64,000 nucleotides of DNA from Bispira polyomma (GCA_965649765.1 OZ287756.1:50344001-50408000); one strand, 5' to 3'. Positions 1-14,045 are shown, counted from the first letter of the stretch. The notes: a model not told the origin generated them from the sequence alone. Numbers and translations: made by a program.

Positions 1-372
1 AACAATGACAGGTCCGTATGAGCCAGATACCGAGAACAAGTAAGTTTATTCTACATCACGGTATATTTAATCATTTTTCTTAAAGTTACTAATGACGGTG
101 TATTACGAGTTTAAAAACAACAAAACAAACCATACTAAGTGTGTTAAAATTGCATTTTGAATCTGATAATTCCTAAATACCTATTTTTTTTTTTAAATTT
201 CTTGTGTAATTAGTGGACTATAATGTTTTTTCTTGTTTTTTATTTTCTCTATCAGATTTTATGAAAAACCATTGTCACTATTTAAGTTGTGAGAGGACCA
301 GTGGACCTTTGATTGACACAACTTTTGGATCGTTGTAGAGTGTTTCAGATTAGGTATGGGTTATTGTCGAAT

Positions 373-625
373 TTGAATTTGGATATTTTTATCGTCCAAT
401 CTAGTACCTTTTAGTAGGTTATATTGGGACGGGTAGTTGGAAACGCTGGAGGAAACACTGCATACAGTCGGTCAAGGTTCTGCACTGAAACCAGCGGCCC
501 ACAGTAAGGAACTACCACCTTTCCCACATAGGCATCGACGGGATTCGAACTCACGCCGCCCAGAGGTGAGAGACCAGTGATTGTGAAGTGCAGTGCTTGC
601 TAACCACTAGGCCACCATGGCTCCA
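373..625 (-). mobile_element. tRNA-derived SINE (full-length copy)
   Basis: Reverse complement of the SINE at 49281-49531 (A box TGGCCTAGTGG, B box GTTCGAATCC); 14-bp TSD GGTTATTGTCGAAT at 359-372 and 626-639. Confidence 0.85.
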
Positions 626-1199
626 GGTTATTGTCGAATAGAGGTATATTCATATTTAGGCTTCAGTATGCAAGTATTATTAAATCACTATATTCCGTCT
701 TAATTGCTGTTTCAAAATTGTTTAACTTGGTTTCGTACGGTAATGCGTGTTTTAGAGGACACCCGTTTTCGGTAATTGATCCCCCAGTTGTTTACCTGTA
801 GTTATTAACTGAAAGGCATGCTTGTTTATGATTTAACAGTGTGTTTCCTTGTATTGTGCCTTGCATCTTACAGTAAAGCTAATTACTCATATCGAGTCAT
901 AAAAGGAGCAAAATTGTACTGCTCTGGAATGAATAATAAAGACATTCATGATTTCAAAAGTGACACTGTGCAAAATTTCATATTGTACAACAGTGACATT
1001 AGTTTGATTAATGTTTTCACCTTGGGTATACAGCTACCAAGCTTACATTCTTTATTGATACAAAGTAGACTGCAATGAGTGTATATTCCACTTAAAAGAG
1101 TGCAAGTAAAGGGATGTGACTTAATTCAACCTGGTATATAACATAGTTGAAATGTAGTTAATGTGGTTTCGTGTTCTAGTTGTATAGAGCTTTGTTTTA

Positions 1200-1920
1200 T
1201 GTTGGTGGTGGTAGAGGCGATGATATGACATTTCTGGTTACACATACCTATCGGTGTGTACACGTACCTATTGGTATGTAATATGAATTGTTAAGTAATG
1301 ATCTCAAATCTCTCAATGTCTTTCATTGCTGGAAGACTTGCTAAGGTTGGTTCATGCTAGGGTTGGTTGAGTGTGGTGGTATGCCATTTCAGGTTAGACA
1401 TAGCAATTGGTATGTGATATGACATTTCAGGCTGCACACAGCAACGGATATGTAGAGATTACAAATCTCTCTTAGTGGCTTCCATTGGTAGAAGACTTGC
1501 TAAGGTTGGTTTATGCTAGGGTTGGTCGAGTGGTGGTGATATGTCATTTCAGGTTAGACATAGCAATTGGTATGTGATGTCATTTGAAGCTGCACACACC
1601 AACTGATATGTCGAGATTACAAATCTCTCAGTGGCTTTCAGTGGTAGAAGACTTGCTAAGGTTGGTCAAGTGGTGGTGGTATGCCATTTCAGGTTAGACA
1701 TAGCAATTAGTATGTGATATGTCATTTCAGACTGCACACATCAAGTGATATGTAGAGATTACAAATCTCTCGGTGGCTTCCATTGGTAGAAGACTTGCTA
1801 AAGTTGGTTCATGCTAGGGTTGGTCGAGTGGTGGTGGTATGCCATTTCAGGTTAGACATAGCAATTGGTATGTGATATGTCATTTGAGACTGCACACAGC
1901 AACTGATATATAGAGATTAC
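1200..1920. repeat. Tandem repeat, ~165-180 bp unit, ~4 copies
   Basis: Recurring AGAAGACTTGCTAAGGTTGG...CATTTCAGGTTAGACATAGCAATTGGTATGTGAT...GAGATTACAAATCTCTC blocks. Confidence 0.85.
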
Positions 1921-2254
1921 GATAGTGACAAGATTAAAAACAATAAGAACTAGCATTTTATATATAAATTATATTTATTTACAATATATTTTTTACAATT
2001 GTATTTTACTCATTTTTAGTTTATTACAAAAATTAACAGTTTAAGACATGCTTTCTACATGTTAATATAGTTCTTCATCTGAACTGCTTATCCATTCGCT
2101 TTCTGAAGAGGAGTTCAGATATTCTACTTTTTCATCTTCCAAGCCAACCTGTACCTCCATGCTGCAATCGAGCCACTTCACTTGCTAAAAAAAAAGAGAA
2201 GAGGGGAAAAATAACTTGGTTCAATAGCATTTCTCCTAAAAAATTGTTTTATTA

Positions 2255-2847
2255 TGCCGCTACTGTTACTGCAGATGATGTAAACAAACTAAAACTGAGA
2301 GGATAAATCCAGTGCTCAGTTTGGAAAACTTAAATTATGAGGTATTACCACTAGTCTCAGTTAATTCCAATGACGAGTTAGATAGAGTTGCTAGTGATGA
2401 GATCAGAACTCATTCGGATTTAACAGATGTTAAAAAAACTTTGCCAATCTAAGTATGAGAGCTTCAATGTTTTGATTCATAATTTAGAAATGGTCAAACA
2501 GCAGCTGCGTTATATGTACAATGATTGTGAGGTTAACTACAGTCAACATTTGGGTCATAAGATCTTTGTAACTGTGTGCAGTCCGTATCACGTCGTGAGT
2601 GTGAGAGTTTGGTACTTGAGATACAGATGTGTTTCGTCCAACCAAAAAAGGCTTGACCTTAAAGTATAGAAATCTCTGTGCTCTGGGTATAGCTTATAGT
2701 CGTATTTATGATGCCTTGCCAACAGTGACAAATGAGATTTCTTGTTTGCAGAGTAAATGTCATTCAGATCTGTTAGAAAATTGTTATGTGGTGAATGTCT
2801 ACCTGGTGATGACACCATGCTTGGGCTTGCTGTTGTACCAGTTATAG
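2255..2847 (+). pseudogene. Frameshifted PC4-like (ssDNA-binding fold) gene relic
   Basis: HLGHKIFVTVCSPYHVVSVRVWY (2427 ORF) continues in another frame as FRPTKKGLTL, resembling the PC4 'VDIRxxY...PgKKGIsL' pattern; AATAAA at ~3085. Confidence 0.45.
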
Positions 2848-3554
2848 AAATCTAAGATAACATTTTCCTAATGACACTATTCTTAAATTTAAAGTATATT
2901 ATATGTAATTACAAATCTTTTTTCGCTATTTGTAGATCTTCATTTTGTGATATATTTCAGCAAAGATTTTTTTAGTTCTTAAGTTTGATTCTTTTATATT
3001 TTTGCAATGTGTTGTATAACAATAATTATGTGTTGTTCTTTTTAATTGTTATTCTTGTTGTTTATAGTACTACTTCTTTGTGTAAATAAAAGTTTGTTGC
3101 TTTGTATTTGTGAGTTGTTTTTCATGTTCAAGAAAAAACAAATTTAAAAAAATTCATTTTGTCAGCCATTTTGAATCCGCCATTATGTTTTTAGCCGGTT
3201 TATAGCGGCGATAACACAACATATACAACATGCCTGGTCTAAAAATACCTGAACTAAAGATGTCTGGTGAAGATTGTGGCTACTGTATTTAAAGGGAATA
3301 CTGTGAGTTGACAAAGGATAAAGACACTGCAAAGGCTGATTATTACTTCAAGTCACAGTTGGATATCGCAGCACTGTGCACTGCTATGCCAGGTGAGAGA
3401 CTTAAAATAATAACATATACTATTGAATCTCACATACCCAATGCCGATAAAGTGATAGGTGTGGATGGATAAATTGGGGAGCATTTTACAGTTCAATTAT
3501 GTGTGATAGATTTTAATTTTAGGCGCAAACACAAATGGTCACAAGTTTGCCTCC

Positions 3555-3700
3555 CATCGATGTCTGTGGGAAAGGTGGTAGTTACTTACTGTATGCCGCT
3601 GGTTTCAGTGCAGAACCTTGATCAACTGTATGCAATATTTCCTTTAGCGTCCCAACTATGCATGATGACAAGCTAGTATATCCTGTGCCAATATAAAGCC
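3555..3700 (+). mobile_element. SINE fragment (same family as 49281)
   Basis: TGTGGGAAAGGTGGTAGTT...GCTGGTTTCAGTGCAGAACCTTGATCAACTGTATGCA matches the SINE body. Confidence 0.75.
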
Positions 3701-4279
3701 GAAAATAATTAAATGTACAGAGATAAATTTATGTTTGGGTTAAAGACAGATTAATTAGAACTGAACTAATGAAGTTTCATCCGAAGTCAGATACTAAAAC
3801 AAAAAAGTCTATGAATGATAAAATTAATTAACACTGCAAAGAAAGCAAAAGATGAACAGGTAAACTGGACAACTGCTGAATTTGTTACAAACGAACCACA
3901 AACACACAAACTGCATGTAAAGCTAGAATGTTAAGGTCTGAATCACGCTCCAATCGAAAAATAAAAAGAAAAGGTACGATGTACAGCTAATCGGCTAATA
4001 AAAAAGAATAGCAAGGGTAAACAGCCCAAACGTCAAAAATTGCATTATTCCACAAAAATGCTATAATTTGCTCTTCCCTAGTTTGAAGTGACACCAATTT
4101 ATGAATTCCATCACTAACTTAATAATTTTTTCAATTAATATATGCAGTTGCATTTTAAGTATGACTTTTTAAATTTTTTCAGATTTGGTGTTCTACAACG
4201 AATCTGTCAACTTCAGCGTTTGCTTTGTAGGCTATTTCTTTACATAACATGAAACGCATCTTTATGTAAATGCCACTTT

Positions 4280-4608
4280 ATGGCTTTATCTCCTAGTAAA
4301 CAAACTTACACTAGTGCATCTCAAGATCCGATGAGGCCTAGTGGATTTAGACTTACAGGATTCAAGACAGCTCAGGAACACAGCAGTTACTATAGGGCAT
4401 ACAATCATAGGATTGACAGTTACACAGACTGGCCTAAACCCATCCGGTTTGAGGCAAAAGTCTAGCCAGGGCAGGATTTTACTACAGCGGTCAAGGAGAC
4501 AGTTGGGTTTGTGCTTGGTGCAAGATTGCACTGCACAACTGGGAGTTTTTTTGTTTTTTTGGGGAGCTATTTGACAAACCTTTTGAAGAACACAAGCGTA
4601 TCCAATGA
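4280..4608 (+). pseudogene. Single-BIR inhibitor-of-apoptosis relic
   Basis: YNHRIDSYTDWP, then after frameshifts LARAGFYYSGQGDSWVCAWCKIALHNWEF and DKPFEEHK, which is the BIR pattern. Confidence 0.7.
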
Positions 4609-5160
4609 CAGGTTTTGTCCGTATATGTCTTACTCATATCCATTTGGATGGTATGTTTTACACTATTGATGCGCAAAAACGTAAAGTGGTAAAGGTCAGA
4701 AGACATTACTATGTTGCAGCAATCCTACTTAGATCTCGTAAAGGTGAACTGTATTTAGGTGAGGCACATTACAAGTTATTAAAAGAACACCACAAACTTC
4801 TAACAAAACACGTACTTGATACTTGTCAAGCTATTTGATAACATATATGTTTATGTGGAGTCACCATATCAGTGTATCCAAATATGTGACTTTGAAGACT
4901 TGAATGGTGTTGACTGTCCAACAAGCAGGGAAATATTCGTGAAGAAGGCTCAGTGGTTCAAGTTGCAAGACATTTTCGTGGATATCGATGATAGACATGC
5001 TGAGGTCAGAGTGAAGATTTCTTTTTTCTACAAACATCCTAACCAAGACTACTTTGAGTGTCCACATTGTTGGCCAGATGGTGTTGATAATGCTGGCTTG
5101 GTTGATTTTTTAAAAACCAGGAAAGTGGCCGAAACCAGCCGTACCTACCCCGAAGTGTGA
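4605..5160 (+). pseudogene. Second PC4-like/virus-type small gene relic (frameshift near 4830)
   Basis: HLDGMFYTIDAQKRKVVKVRRHYY and DNIYVYVESPYQCIQI repeat the pattern of the 2427 ORF (VTVCSPYHVV); C-terminal CPHC; (AT)n and AATAAA after the stop. Confidence 0.35.
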
Positions 5161-5484
5161 GTGACTGGTGGTGTTGTTGCATATCACCAGAGACAATATT
5201 CTAAACCATATGTATATTGTACTGATTATGTATGTAACCGATATATATATATATATATATTGGGCTATAATAAACAAATGCATATGTTAAGTGTCTGTTT
5301 TTGTTTTGTTTGTTAAAGTCAAAGTTCAGGGTTTTACGTCTCGTTGACTAGCCAGGGTCATATTGGGACAGGCCCACAGCAATGCTTTCTAAGTTATCTT
5401 GTACAATGTATATTTAACAGAATTTGATGCATTTTATCTTGTTATTACTTTAAAAAAACATTTTCTTTTTTTTTTCATTTTCAG

Positions 5485-7265
5485 AAGGGGGGTGATGCTT
5501 TCTGGAATAAGCAAATTTTAAATTTATTAACACCACCAACAGTGCTGAGACCAAACATAAGGACTTACTACACTCTTGCCTGGCTCAGTATTCAAACTTT
5601 ACAACTGAGAGACTTATTACATCCATTGTCACAAAACTTATTCCCGATGTTAAAGTCAGGTGAGAATTTCTTTATTTAACTAATCAATTCATGCTAATCT
5701 CATTTATAGTCAATTTATTCACTTGAAAGTACTGTCAGTACACCAATTGTATTCATAACTGTTTTGATACATTATCGCATATTTGTATGTTTATGACTAT
5801 ATATCTGTCTTTTCCAGTTATTTAACTATTAACAAAAATTTACCAATTAAATATCTGAAGGTACTTTCATTATTTTTCCAACTTTCAAAAACAAGAATTG
5901 TATACAACTCAAGCCAAACATTTAAAACTATATTTGCTAATTTGCAGAACTTTCAGGAAATGCCCTACCTATATTTCAATTGCTTACACTGCATTTTTTT
6001 TAAAGAAAAATAAGGAAAATATTAACATGGCATCTTTTTGTTAAATAAAAGCGAGCTACCGCTGCTTGACATTTCATAGTGAGTTGACATGCAAAGACTT
6101 ATCACCACAATATCTTGTTTACTTGTTTTTTTGCTACTGAGTTAACTATATTTTATCTGTCATGATTTCTCCGGATGAAGTGACAGTTTCACTATAGATG
6201 GAACTTTAGCCTGATAGACAACTACATTCATACATGTTCTGGTGCTAAGTGGAAAGGTGATAATTGATTCAAAAGTTTTTGGCTTCAGAAGTTTGTTGCT
6301 TTCCATTGCAGAATCTTGACCAACTACTGTTTGCTTTCCCTAACCCATAAAGCTAAATGTTGTTATTTGATGTACCTGTTACAATATTTTAGACTGTGTC
6401 ATTGCATTAATTGCATTATTGTGTAAGAAAGACTGTTATCTTAGGTATCAAAGAACAAACAAGAAGAGTTTTTCTCTGTACAGGGAATTTTCATACATGT
6501 ACCATTCTTTTTGAAAGACAAGCCAAGGCCATTTCTTGAACACTGTCTTAAGCGGCCCCCTCCAATAAATTTATCAGTGTGGAGTTAACAAATGTGTTGG
6601 CTCTAGTCAGTATCAGGTGTCCAGTGAGAATGACGATAGCTTCTATGCTGTAGATTTTGAAAGAGCCTTTCTGTAGCTGCTCATCATGGAAAAAAAAGCA
6701 TGTCACGCAAGCACATCCTGACAATATTGACCCAGATAGAGATGAATTGGCAACCTTTTTTCAACCTTGATCTGCTATTATGCAGTGATGAGTTAAGCAC
6801 CCGAAAGGGATGACATGGAGGATACAGTGTCAGTTAAAACATTGTTAGATAAAATTATCACACCATCAGCTAAGAAAAACTGAAATGGGCACTGACTTAC
6901 ATAATTTGACCGAGGATGAGTTCACCAATGGACAGGATGACATGGAGGATACAATCTCAGTTGAAACGTTGTTAGATTAAATAGTCAAACCCTCAGCTGA
7001 GAAAACTGACATGGTAACTGAGTTACATAATGTGACTGAGGCTGGGGATTTAACTCCCAGCACATTATCAAAAAGTGCCCAATCAACACGTAGTGCTTGC
7101 AATCAGCTTGAGAAACACTTAGAAAATGTTATCCTTGTGATGTCTGACATTGATATACTTACATTTATAAGAAGGGATCTTCACAAATGTTTCAGTGTTA
7201 TAACTGAAGCACTTCCCAACTATAAAGGCTTACCCCCTCCCCAATACACCAAACCATATAATTAG
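5485..7265 (+). pseudogene. Decayed MULE/SWIM-type transposase-like gene fragments
   Basis: AG/GT-bounded piece 5485-5659 reads NTTNSAETKHKDLLHSCL (TNNxxE-like); ~6640-6720 gives YAVDF...CSCSSWKKKH..xKHIL (SWIM-like, frameshifted). Confidence 0.4.
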
Positions 7266-8089
7266 AGGATATGCTCAGTCATTTCCAGAGAATATCTAAT
7301 GCCTTTGATAATTTAAATTTTGTCCATTATATTTTAATAAAAGTACTTCTGGTTCCCTGTTTTGTTCATTTGCGATGTGTGTTTGCATCAATTTAGCCAT
7401 ATAGGGATTGCACGATGTTAGCCTTAGGAGCCTTGGTCAATCCTTTTGGCTCAATGCCAGTCTGCATTCATTAAATACTCTACTTAAGGGTATTTAATGA
7501 CTGTTAATTTGTAAAAGAGAAAGTTTATATTTTCCTTGCATTTTATTGGTATATTTCCCCCCAAAATGGTGCTAACACACTCTTGCCTCATATCTCTTAT
7601 AAGTATATGTATGTAGCCATGCAATAAATAACATGTACTCTTTTTCAGTTCTATTCAGGGTACAGTAACATGTTTGGTCACTGTAAGTAAGAAATTCGGT
7701 ACACAACATCATAACAATGAATTTTGAAACTAAATATTTCCTTAAAAAGACACTTGTTTGGTTTATATATGTTTTTTACTCCTGCTTATCAGCCTTTTTA
7801 TTTCTTGGCATAAGTACACCCACATTATTTCTTAGCATTAATATTAAAGAGCTTCAAAAATGAATAATTGTATACTAAATGTCACTGTTCCAACACCTGG
7901 ACTTTCAAGAAATGATTACCTCGAATATTTTTTCTATAATTATTAAATTACTTTTAGTCTCAAGTTGCTAATTTGAAATTGTATGATTGTTGTTCAAAAT
8001 GTCCCCAAGGTTGCACTAGTCCTAGTACTGTAGTTTTACTATTAATTTAAAACTTTCTATTTATGTTTGACAATCCAAGATTCCATATT

Positions 8090-10060
8090 CAAATTGATTG
8101 CAAGATAGGTAAGTGATTTGTTGTGATATTTACCAGACTTAATAAGTGGGTCTCTGGCCTTTTCCCAGCAATCAGGGATTATACTTGTCTGATGTCACAA
8201 CAGAGACCAGTCTGGAGATGTATAGACTGCAAGATAGGTAATAGGCAAGTGATTTATTGTAATATTTACCAGATTTTGGAATACGTAGATCTGTTACCCG
8301 GTGTCACGACAGAAAATGGAGATGTATCCAATGCAAGATAGGGAAGTGATTTATCGTAGATAAATATGTAGATCTGTGGCTTCTTTCTAGCAATCAGGGA
8401 TTATACTTGTTGTCTGGTGTCACAACAGAGACCAGTTTGGAGATGTATAGACTGCAAGATAGGTAATAGGTAAGTGATTTATTGTGATATTTACAGATTT
8501 AGAAATAGTAGATCTGTTACTTTTTTCCAGCATTCAGGGATTACACATTATCTGGTGTCACAGCAGAGACCAGCTGGAAGTGTCATGATTGCCGAAAACA
8601 GGCAAGTTATTTATTGTGATTTTTACCAGGTTTTGGAATTATTCTCTTGTCTTTTTTTAATATCAGAGATGTACATGTGTAGAATAAATTTAAGCTGTAT
8701 AGTTAATTAGCAAGATAGGTAACAAAGTGATTTATTGTAGATAAAAAGTGAGATCTGTGGCTTATTTCTAGCAATAAGGGATTACACCTGTTGCACAGTA
8801 TCTGAACAGAGTCTGGAGATGTATCCAGTGTAAGATTTGTAAGTTAGTGATTTATTGTGATCATTACCAGGTTTTGGAATAGGTAGATCTGTGGCTTCCT
8901 TCAAGCAATAAGGGATTACACCTCTTGCCATGTGACCCTACAGAGAGATGCATGGATTGTATGAAACAGGTGATTTATTGTGATTTTACCAGGTTCAGAA
9001 ATACATAAATCTCTCGCTTCTTTGTAGCAATCAGGGATTATACGTTTCCGGGTGTCACAACAGATACCAGTCTGGAAATGTATAGACTGCAAAATAATAG
9101 GTAAATAAATTATTGTGATCTTTACCAAGTTCAGGAATAGGTAGATTGGTGGTTTCTTTCCAGCAATCAGCAATTACAACTGTTTCCTGGCAAGTGCCTT
9201 ATTGTGATCTTTAATAGGTTTAGGCATAGGTAGATATGTGGCTTCTTTCTAGCAATCAGGGATTAAATGTTTCCTGGTGTCACAACAGATACTAATCTGG
9301 AAATGTATAGACTGCAAGATTGGTAATGGGTTAGTAAGTTATTGTGATCTTTACAGGTTGAGGAATATGTAGATTGGGGACTTCTTTCCAGCAATCAGTG
9401 ATCACAACTGTTTCCTGGCAAGTGCTTTATTGTGATCTTTACCAGGTTTAGGTGTAGGTAGATATGTGGCTTCTTTCTAGCAATCAGGAATTACACCTGT
9501 TGTCTAGTGTCACCACAGAGAGATGCCCGGATTGTAGGAAACAGGCTACTGATTTATTGTGATCTTTAACAGGTTTAGGAATAGGTAGATATGTGGCTTC
9601 TTTCTAGCAATCAGGGATTACACCTGTTGTCAGATGTCACAACAGAGACCAGTCTGGAAATGTGTAGACTGCAAGATAGGTAATAGGCAAGTGATTTATT
9701 GCGATATTTACCAGATTTATGAATAAATAGATCTGTTACTTCTTTCCATCAATCAGGGAATACACATTTCCTGATGTGACAGCAGAGACCAGCTGGAAGT
9801 GTCATGATTGTCTAAAACAGGTAAGTTTTTTATTGTGATATTTACCAGGTTTAGGAATTATTGTCTTGTTGTCTTTTTTAATATTAGAGATGTACATGTG
9901 TGGAATAATTATAAGCTATATAGTTAATTTGCAAGATAGTTAAGCAAGTGATTTATTGTAGATAAAAAGGGAGATCTGTGGCTTCTTTCTGACAATCAAT
10001 TGTCACATATAATTAAGTTGTGGCTTCTTTCTGACAATCAGTTGTCACATATAGTTAAGT
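8090..10060. repeat. Complex satellite, ~100-135 bp subunits with a ~1.2 kb higher-order duplication
   Basis: Repeated GTGATTTATTGTGAT(A/C)TTTACCAG...AGATCTGTGGCTTCTTTCTAGCAATCAGGGATTACAC...CAGAGACCAGTCTGGAGATGTATAGACTGCAAGATAGG. Confidence 0.9.
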
Positions 10061-10289
10061 AAGTGTCAAAATTATATATATATATTAAAATAGGCTTCTT
10101 CACAGAGCTTGAGAGAAATTTAAGAGAAACAGAAGAGAATAATGAATGGCAGTAGTTCCTGAAGAAAGAGATTAACAAGGCAGGTGGCCTAGACAGTATT
10201 CAGCTGCAATGTCCATTTTCAATAAACATTTTCAAAGCCCTTTGCGCTGATACGTCACTGGGTGGAAGTCAATGAAAAAGAAGTGATTT

Positions 10290-10750
10290 TGTTTGAATGT
10301 GAATCCTGCATAATAGTCTTTAAACGGACGGCTGACATCAAGAGACATGCGAATCAAGGCCATTCCCTCAAAGCTTAAGAACCGCTTCTATGTTAATCCT
10401 GGGGTCAAATGTCCATCGGATGGATACCGCAGGAGTAAAGTAAATGTCCCCGAAACAAAAAGCCAGCGAGCCCTTGCCCACAAAGGTCTGTCTAAATCAA
10501 GACACATTCTGTTAAAACATGTTCTAAGAGCGGAGGCCAGAGTCAAAGTCTGGATGGATAAGAGGGAGAAGGCTCCATCGTTTTGATAGGGAAAAGGCTG
10601 AGGCAGCATGAAGGAATTGAGACAAAAGTTACAGGAAGACCATGAACTAAAAAAAAAAAAGAGTCATAGGCTAAGATGAGACGGTCACAGGAAATGTCAA
10701 AGATCGAACAGCAGCAACAGTTTTTGGACTATGTAGAGTACGAGTATAAA
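10290..10750 (+). pseudogene. C2H2 zinc-finger gene relic
   Basis: 10290-10365 translates FECESCIIVFKRTADIKRHANQGH (Cx2Cx12Hx4H); frameshifted downstream. Confidence 0.45.
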
Positions 10751-11423
10751 TAAGTTTCTTTTAAAATGACTTGGTTGCAGGTGTAGTATGTTAAATGTGA
10801 TTTATCAGGTCATTATCTTTAGTCCAGGTAATGTCGAGTCTGCTATAGGCAACTGTTAGTGCTATAATTTATGTTCTATTGTATAGACGAATACATCTTG
10901 ATATTACAGTATGTTTCTGTAACAAACTAATTTTAAATTATTTTGTACAATGTTCGCCATTTTACAGATATGAATTTAGTTGCGGTTTATGTTGCTTTCA
11001 ACAGCTTGGTTCTCATTACAATGGCCGGATTTGATGGTTAGAGTAACCAGTTTCAAAATACTGTAAAACACCAACCAATGCCAGGTGCCTTACAGGGTTT
11101 CTCAGATGAGGGAGTGAACAAGATTTAAACCAACATTGGTGAGAGACCAATGATTAATGGCACGCGCTTCTAACCACACCTGCCAAAATAATTTTTTTAG
11201 TGCATATAACATGCGTTGGAGGCATGTTATGAAGACATAACATTTGCAAGGGGGGGGGGGGGGGGGGAAATAGAAAAACAACCTTCCAGGGAAAGACTCT
11301 TTCCATTCCTTTATTTTACTGCTGTCAGTTCTTGCAGTGGTTTCTCCGCCCACCGCTTGAATATGTAATATATAAATAATTACAAAAAGACATACCCGTG
11401 TATATATAATATCTTTTTTTATT

Positions 11424-12722
11424 ATGTGCCGTCACCAATTTTTTGACTTGCAAAATACCGTTTACAAGCAAGCCGCTTTTGCATTAGACCACGATGAAAG
11501 AGAAGGAAGTAACAGTTCTCACCCGGCCACCAGAGGAACTATTTTACATAAGTATAACGGTGACATTTTAAATGAAAATGCGGTAGGTATGTACAACCCC
11601 CCAAAACTGAAAAGTATTAACCCCGGCAGAGTTTTTGCACCACGCGCACCATATTTTAGCTGTCGACCCGATGGGGTTATGGTGCTCGATTCCATGTATG
11701 CGGAAGAAGATTTTGCAAGTTATGCTCTGGATAAGATGAGTAAGTTAGGCCACGTCACAAATAACCAACATGGGGAAGAACAATTTATCCACGATTGTTC
11801 TGTAAACCAATATACACCGGGGGTACCATACTTTATAAATGAAATTAAATCTGCACAAACCGATCAGGCTGTATTATGTCGCGATCTTCAAGCAGAGATT
11901 ATGGTCTCCCTAGATGACACATTGGTCGAGTACGCGTCGGAAGCAACCGATCATAGAGATGTGTCTTGCGTTATATTTGATGGGGATGAAAATCCAGCGA
12001 CGCGTAAAATACTATTATCTTATCTTGACAAGGCTTTTAGTCGGGCCAACTGGTGGGGAAACAAAAAAAATAAAGACGGTTCTATTAATATAGAACGAAC
12101 CAAAAGAATGACTATTAATGGAACGGTTCATTCGAAAGAAGAGTACAGCAGGTTTTTTATTCAGGCCTGTAAGATTGCGCCCACTGAGGTAATGGAAGAC
12201 GCACTAAAGACGATCCCTATGAAGAAGGAGTTGTGGAAGAAAGGCTCTTCTATGTTTAGAGAGGGGGATACAATTTGGGAAAACATGGATACCTTAAGAT
12301 CCACACTCGGAGGGAAGTGTTGCATCACTTTGTATGACCCCAAGAATAGGTATAAAAATATACCCCGTTATAAAATGAAGCTAGCGGCCTCCCCCTATAC
12401 ATTGGGTTTAAATTCTCTATTCAGAAGCACCACCCTTCTACAGGCCCTCTGTTACCGACATTTAAACCACAGCATGAGATATTTGTTTACGGCCGTTTTT
12501 TGTTTAAAAAATGTAAACCCAAAAAAGCAGGACCACGCCATGGCTTTTCAAGTGACTTGGGATCTGTGTTACAACGATCAATTGTTGGACAATGTTCTCA
12601 TAAACAACGCCGAGAAAATCAAGCTTATATCTGCGAGGAATATTGCACCGATTTTGGTAGACAAGAAGTCTTTATGTATAAGGAGCGGGGTGAATTTGCG
12701 GTGTCCTCCAAAACAAAGATAA
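11424..12722 (+). CDS. PD-(D/E)xK nuclease of the YqaJ/lambda-exonuclease/viral alkaline nuclease type, 432 aa (possibly 5'-truncated)
   Basis: HPATRG, PGRVF..PYFSCRPDG and NEIKS motifs in the expected order; late Q..CY motif (LLQALCY). Confidence 0.6.
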   Translation: MCRHQFFDLQNTVYKQAAFALDHDEREGSNSSHPATRGTILHKYNGDILNENAVGMYNPPKLKSINPGRVFAPRAPYFSCRPDGVMVLDSMYAEEDFASYALDKMSKLGHVTNNQHGEEQFIHDCSVNQYTPGVPYFINEIKSAQTDQAVLCRDLQAEIMVSLDDTLVEYASEATDHRDVSCVIFDGDENPATRKILLSYLDKAFSRANWWGNKKNKDGSINIERTKRMTINGTVHSKEEYSRFFIQACKIAPTEVMEDALKTIPMKKELWKKGSSMFREGDTIWENMDTLRSTLGGKCCITLYDPKNRYKNIPRYKMKLAASPYTLGLNSLFRSTTLLQALCYRHLNHSMRYLFTAVFCLKNVNPKKQDHAMAFQVTWDLCYNDQLLDNVLINNAEKIKLISARNIAPILVDKKSLCIRSGVNLRCPPKQR

Positions 12723-13395
12723 TACAAAAAACCTCAATGTGTGTTCCAGAAAGACTCAAACCTAAAACGAAGAGAAATATAACAAACATTTGTTTTTTTT
12801 TAAAGATGTACATAGCCGTGTTTTTTTGTTGTGAACAAAAAAAAAGTACTATATATATGTGTGTGTGTATAAAAAAAAAATACCATTCATTCATATAACC
12901 GAGTCTTCTTTTATGTTAACCAATGGAGACATTATTAATTTGTGTGAGAGCTCAAATAAAATCTTTGCTTCCTCATATTCTTGTTTGTTTGCTACCAATC
13001 CAAAAAAATTGGCCCCATAACATCACTCATCTTTAAAAGAAAGAATAAATAAAGTCTTTTTTTCGTTTTTTTGGCTCTTTTTTAATTTGAGATAAAAGGA
13101 GCTATTAAACAGCTGCTGAGAGCTCTTGGTTAGACAAAAAATGTATAGTGGTGCTGCTTTGTGGTGAAATCACTCGTTTTTTTGGGGGGATCATCCACAA
13201 TAAAGCCCTTTTTTTGTGTTAGTGATGAGCTATAATGTTCGTTCTCAATTGTTTTAAGAAGAAAACCGGGTCTGACCACCTGTTAAGGTTTTCGACTTCA
13301 GTTCTAATAGACACATGTCCTATTTTAGGTTCGAGACCTTTTTTGTTAAAAAAAAAATGGAATTTGTTCTTTTAAAAAAAGTTGTATGACGGGTA

Positions 13396-13480
13396 TTGTA
13401 AATGAACCCGTAGCCAAAAACCAAAATAAGGGTCTACACATTATATGGTGTGTCTTGGTGTCTTGATTGTCTTGATTTTC

Positions 13481-13529
<49 letters not shown>

Positions 13530-13625
13530 TCTAGAAAAAAAACAAGACATTCAGGACACCAAGACACCACACATAATGTGTGGAACCTTATTTTGCTTTT
13601 TGGCTACGGGTTAATTTTTACAACC
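13396..13625. repeat. Imperfect palindrome (~90-bp arms) centred on (AT)~20
   Basis: ACCCGTAGCCAAAAACCAAAATAAGGGTCTACACATTAT...TCTTGGTGTCTTGATTGTCTTG at 13406-13474 is inverted at ~13540-13611. Confidence 0.9.
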
Positions 13626-14045
13626 GCACACAAAACACCTAACGGATCAATTAAGGTACTTGAAGAATTATAGTTTTTTTGGGGGTAACCGTACTCTTAC
13701 TTCTGTTTGTTTCATTAAGGGGTAGTCGATTTATACCATAAGATTTCTTTTGTAGTAGAATTTGTGGTTTTAATATATAACCGAGCAACATATGAATAAA
13801 AAAAATGTTATACTCATAAATTTGTTTTTGTTCAATGCTATTATTCCCCATAAAGGATGAAGGTTAAAAAACAAAACAATTCGAATGCATGCCTCGAGTA
13901 GGCAAAAATAAAAACAGTAATAAAATAATTATATTAAAATCCGTAAGATTTACATTTATTGAGTCACAAAAAATTGTACAAACATTAATATCTGTATGAA
14001 AACCGTGGCTATTAAATGTTTTTTTTGTAACCTAAAAAAAGAATA

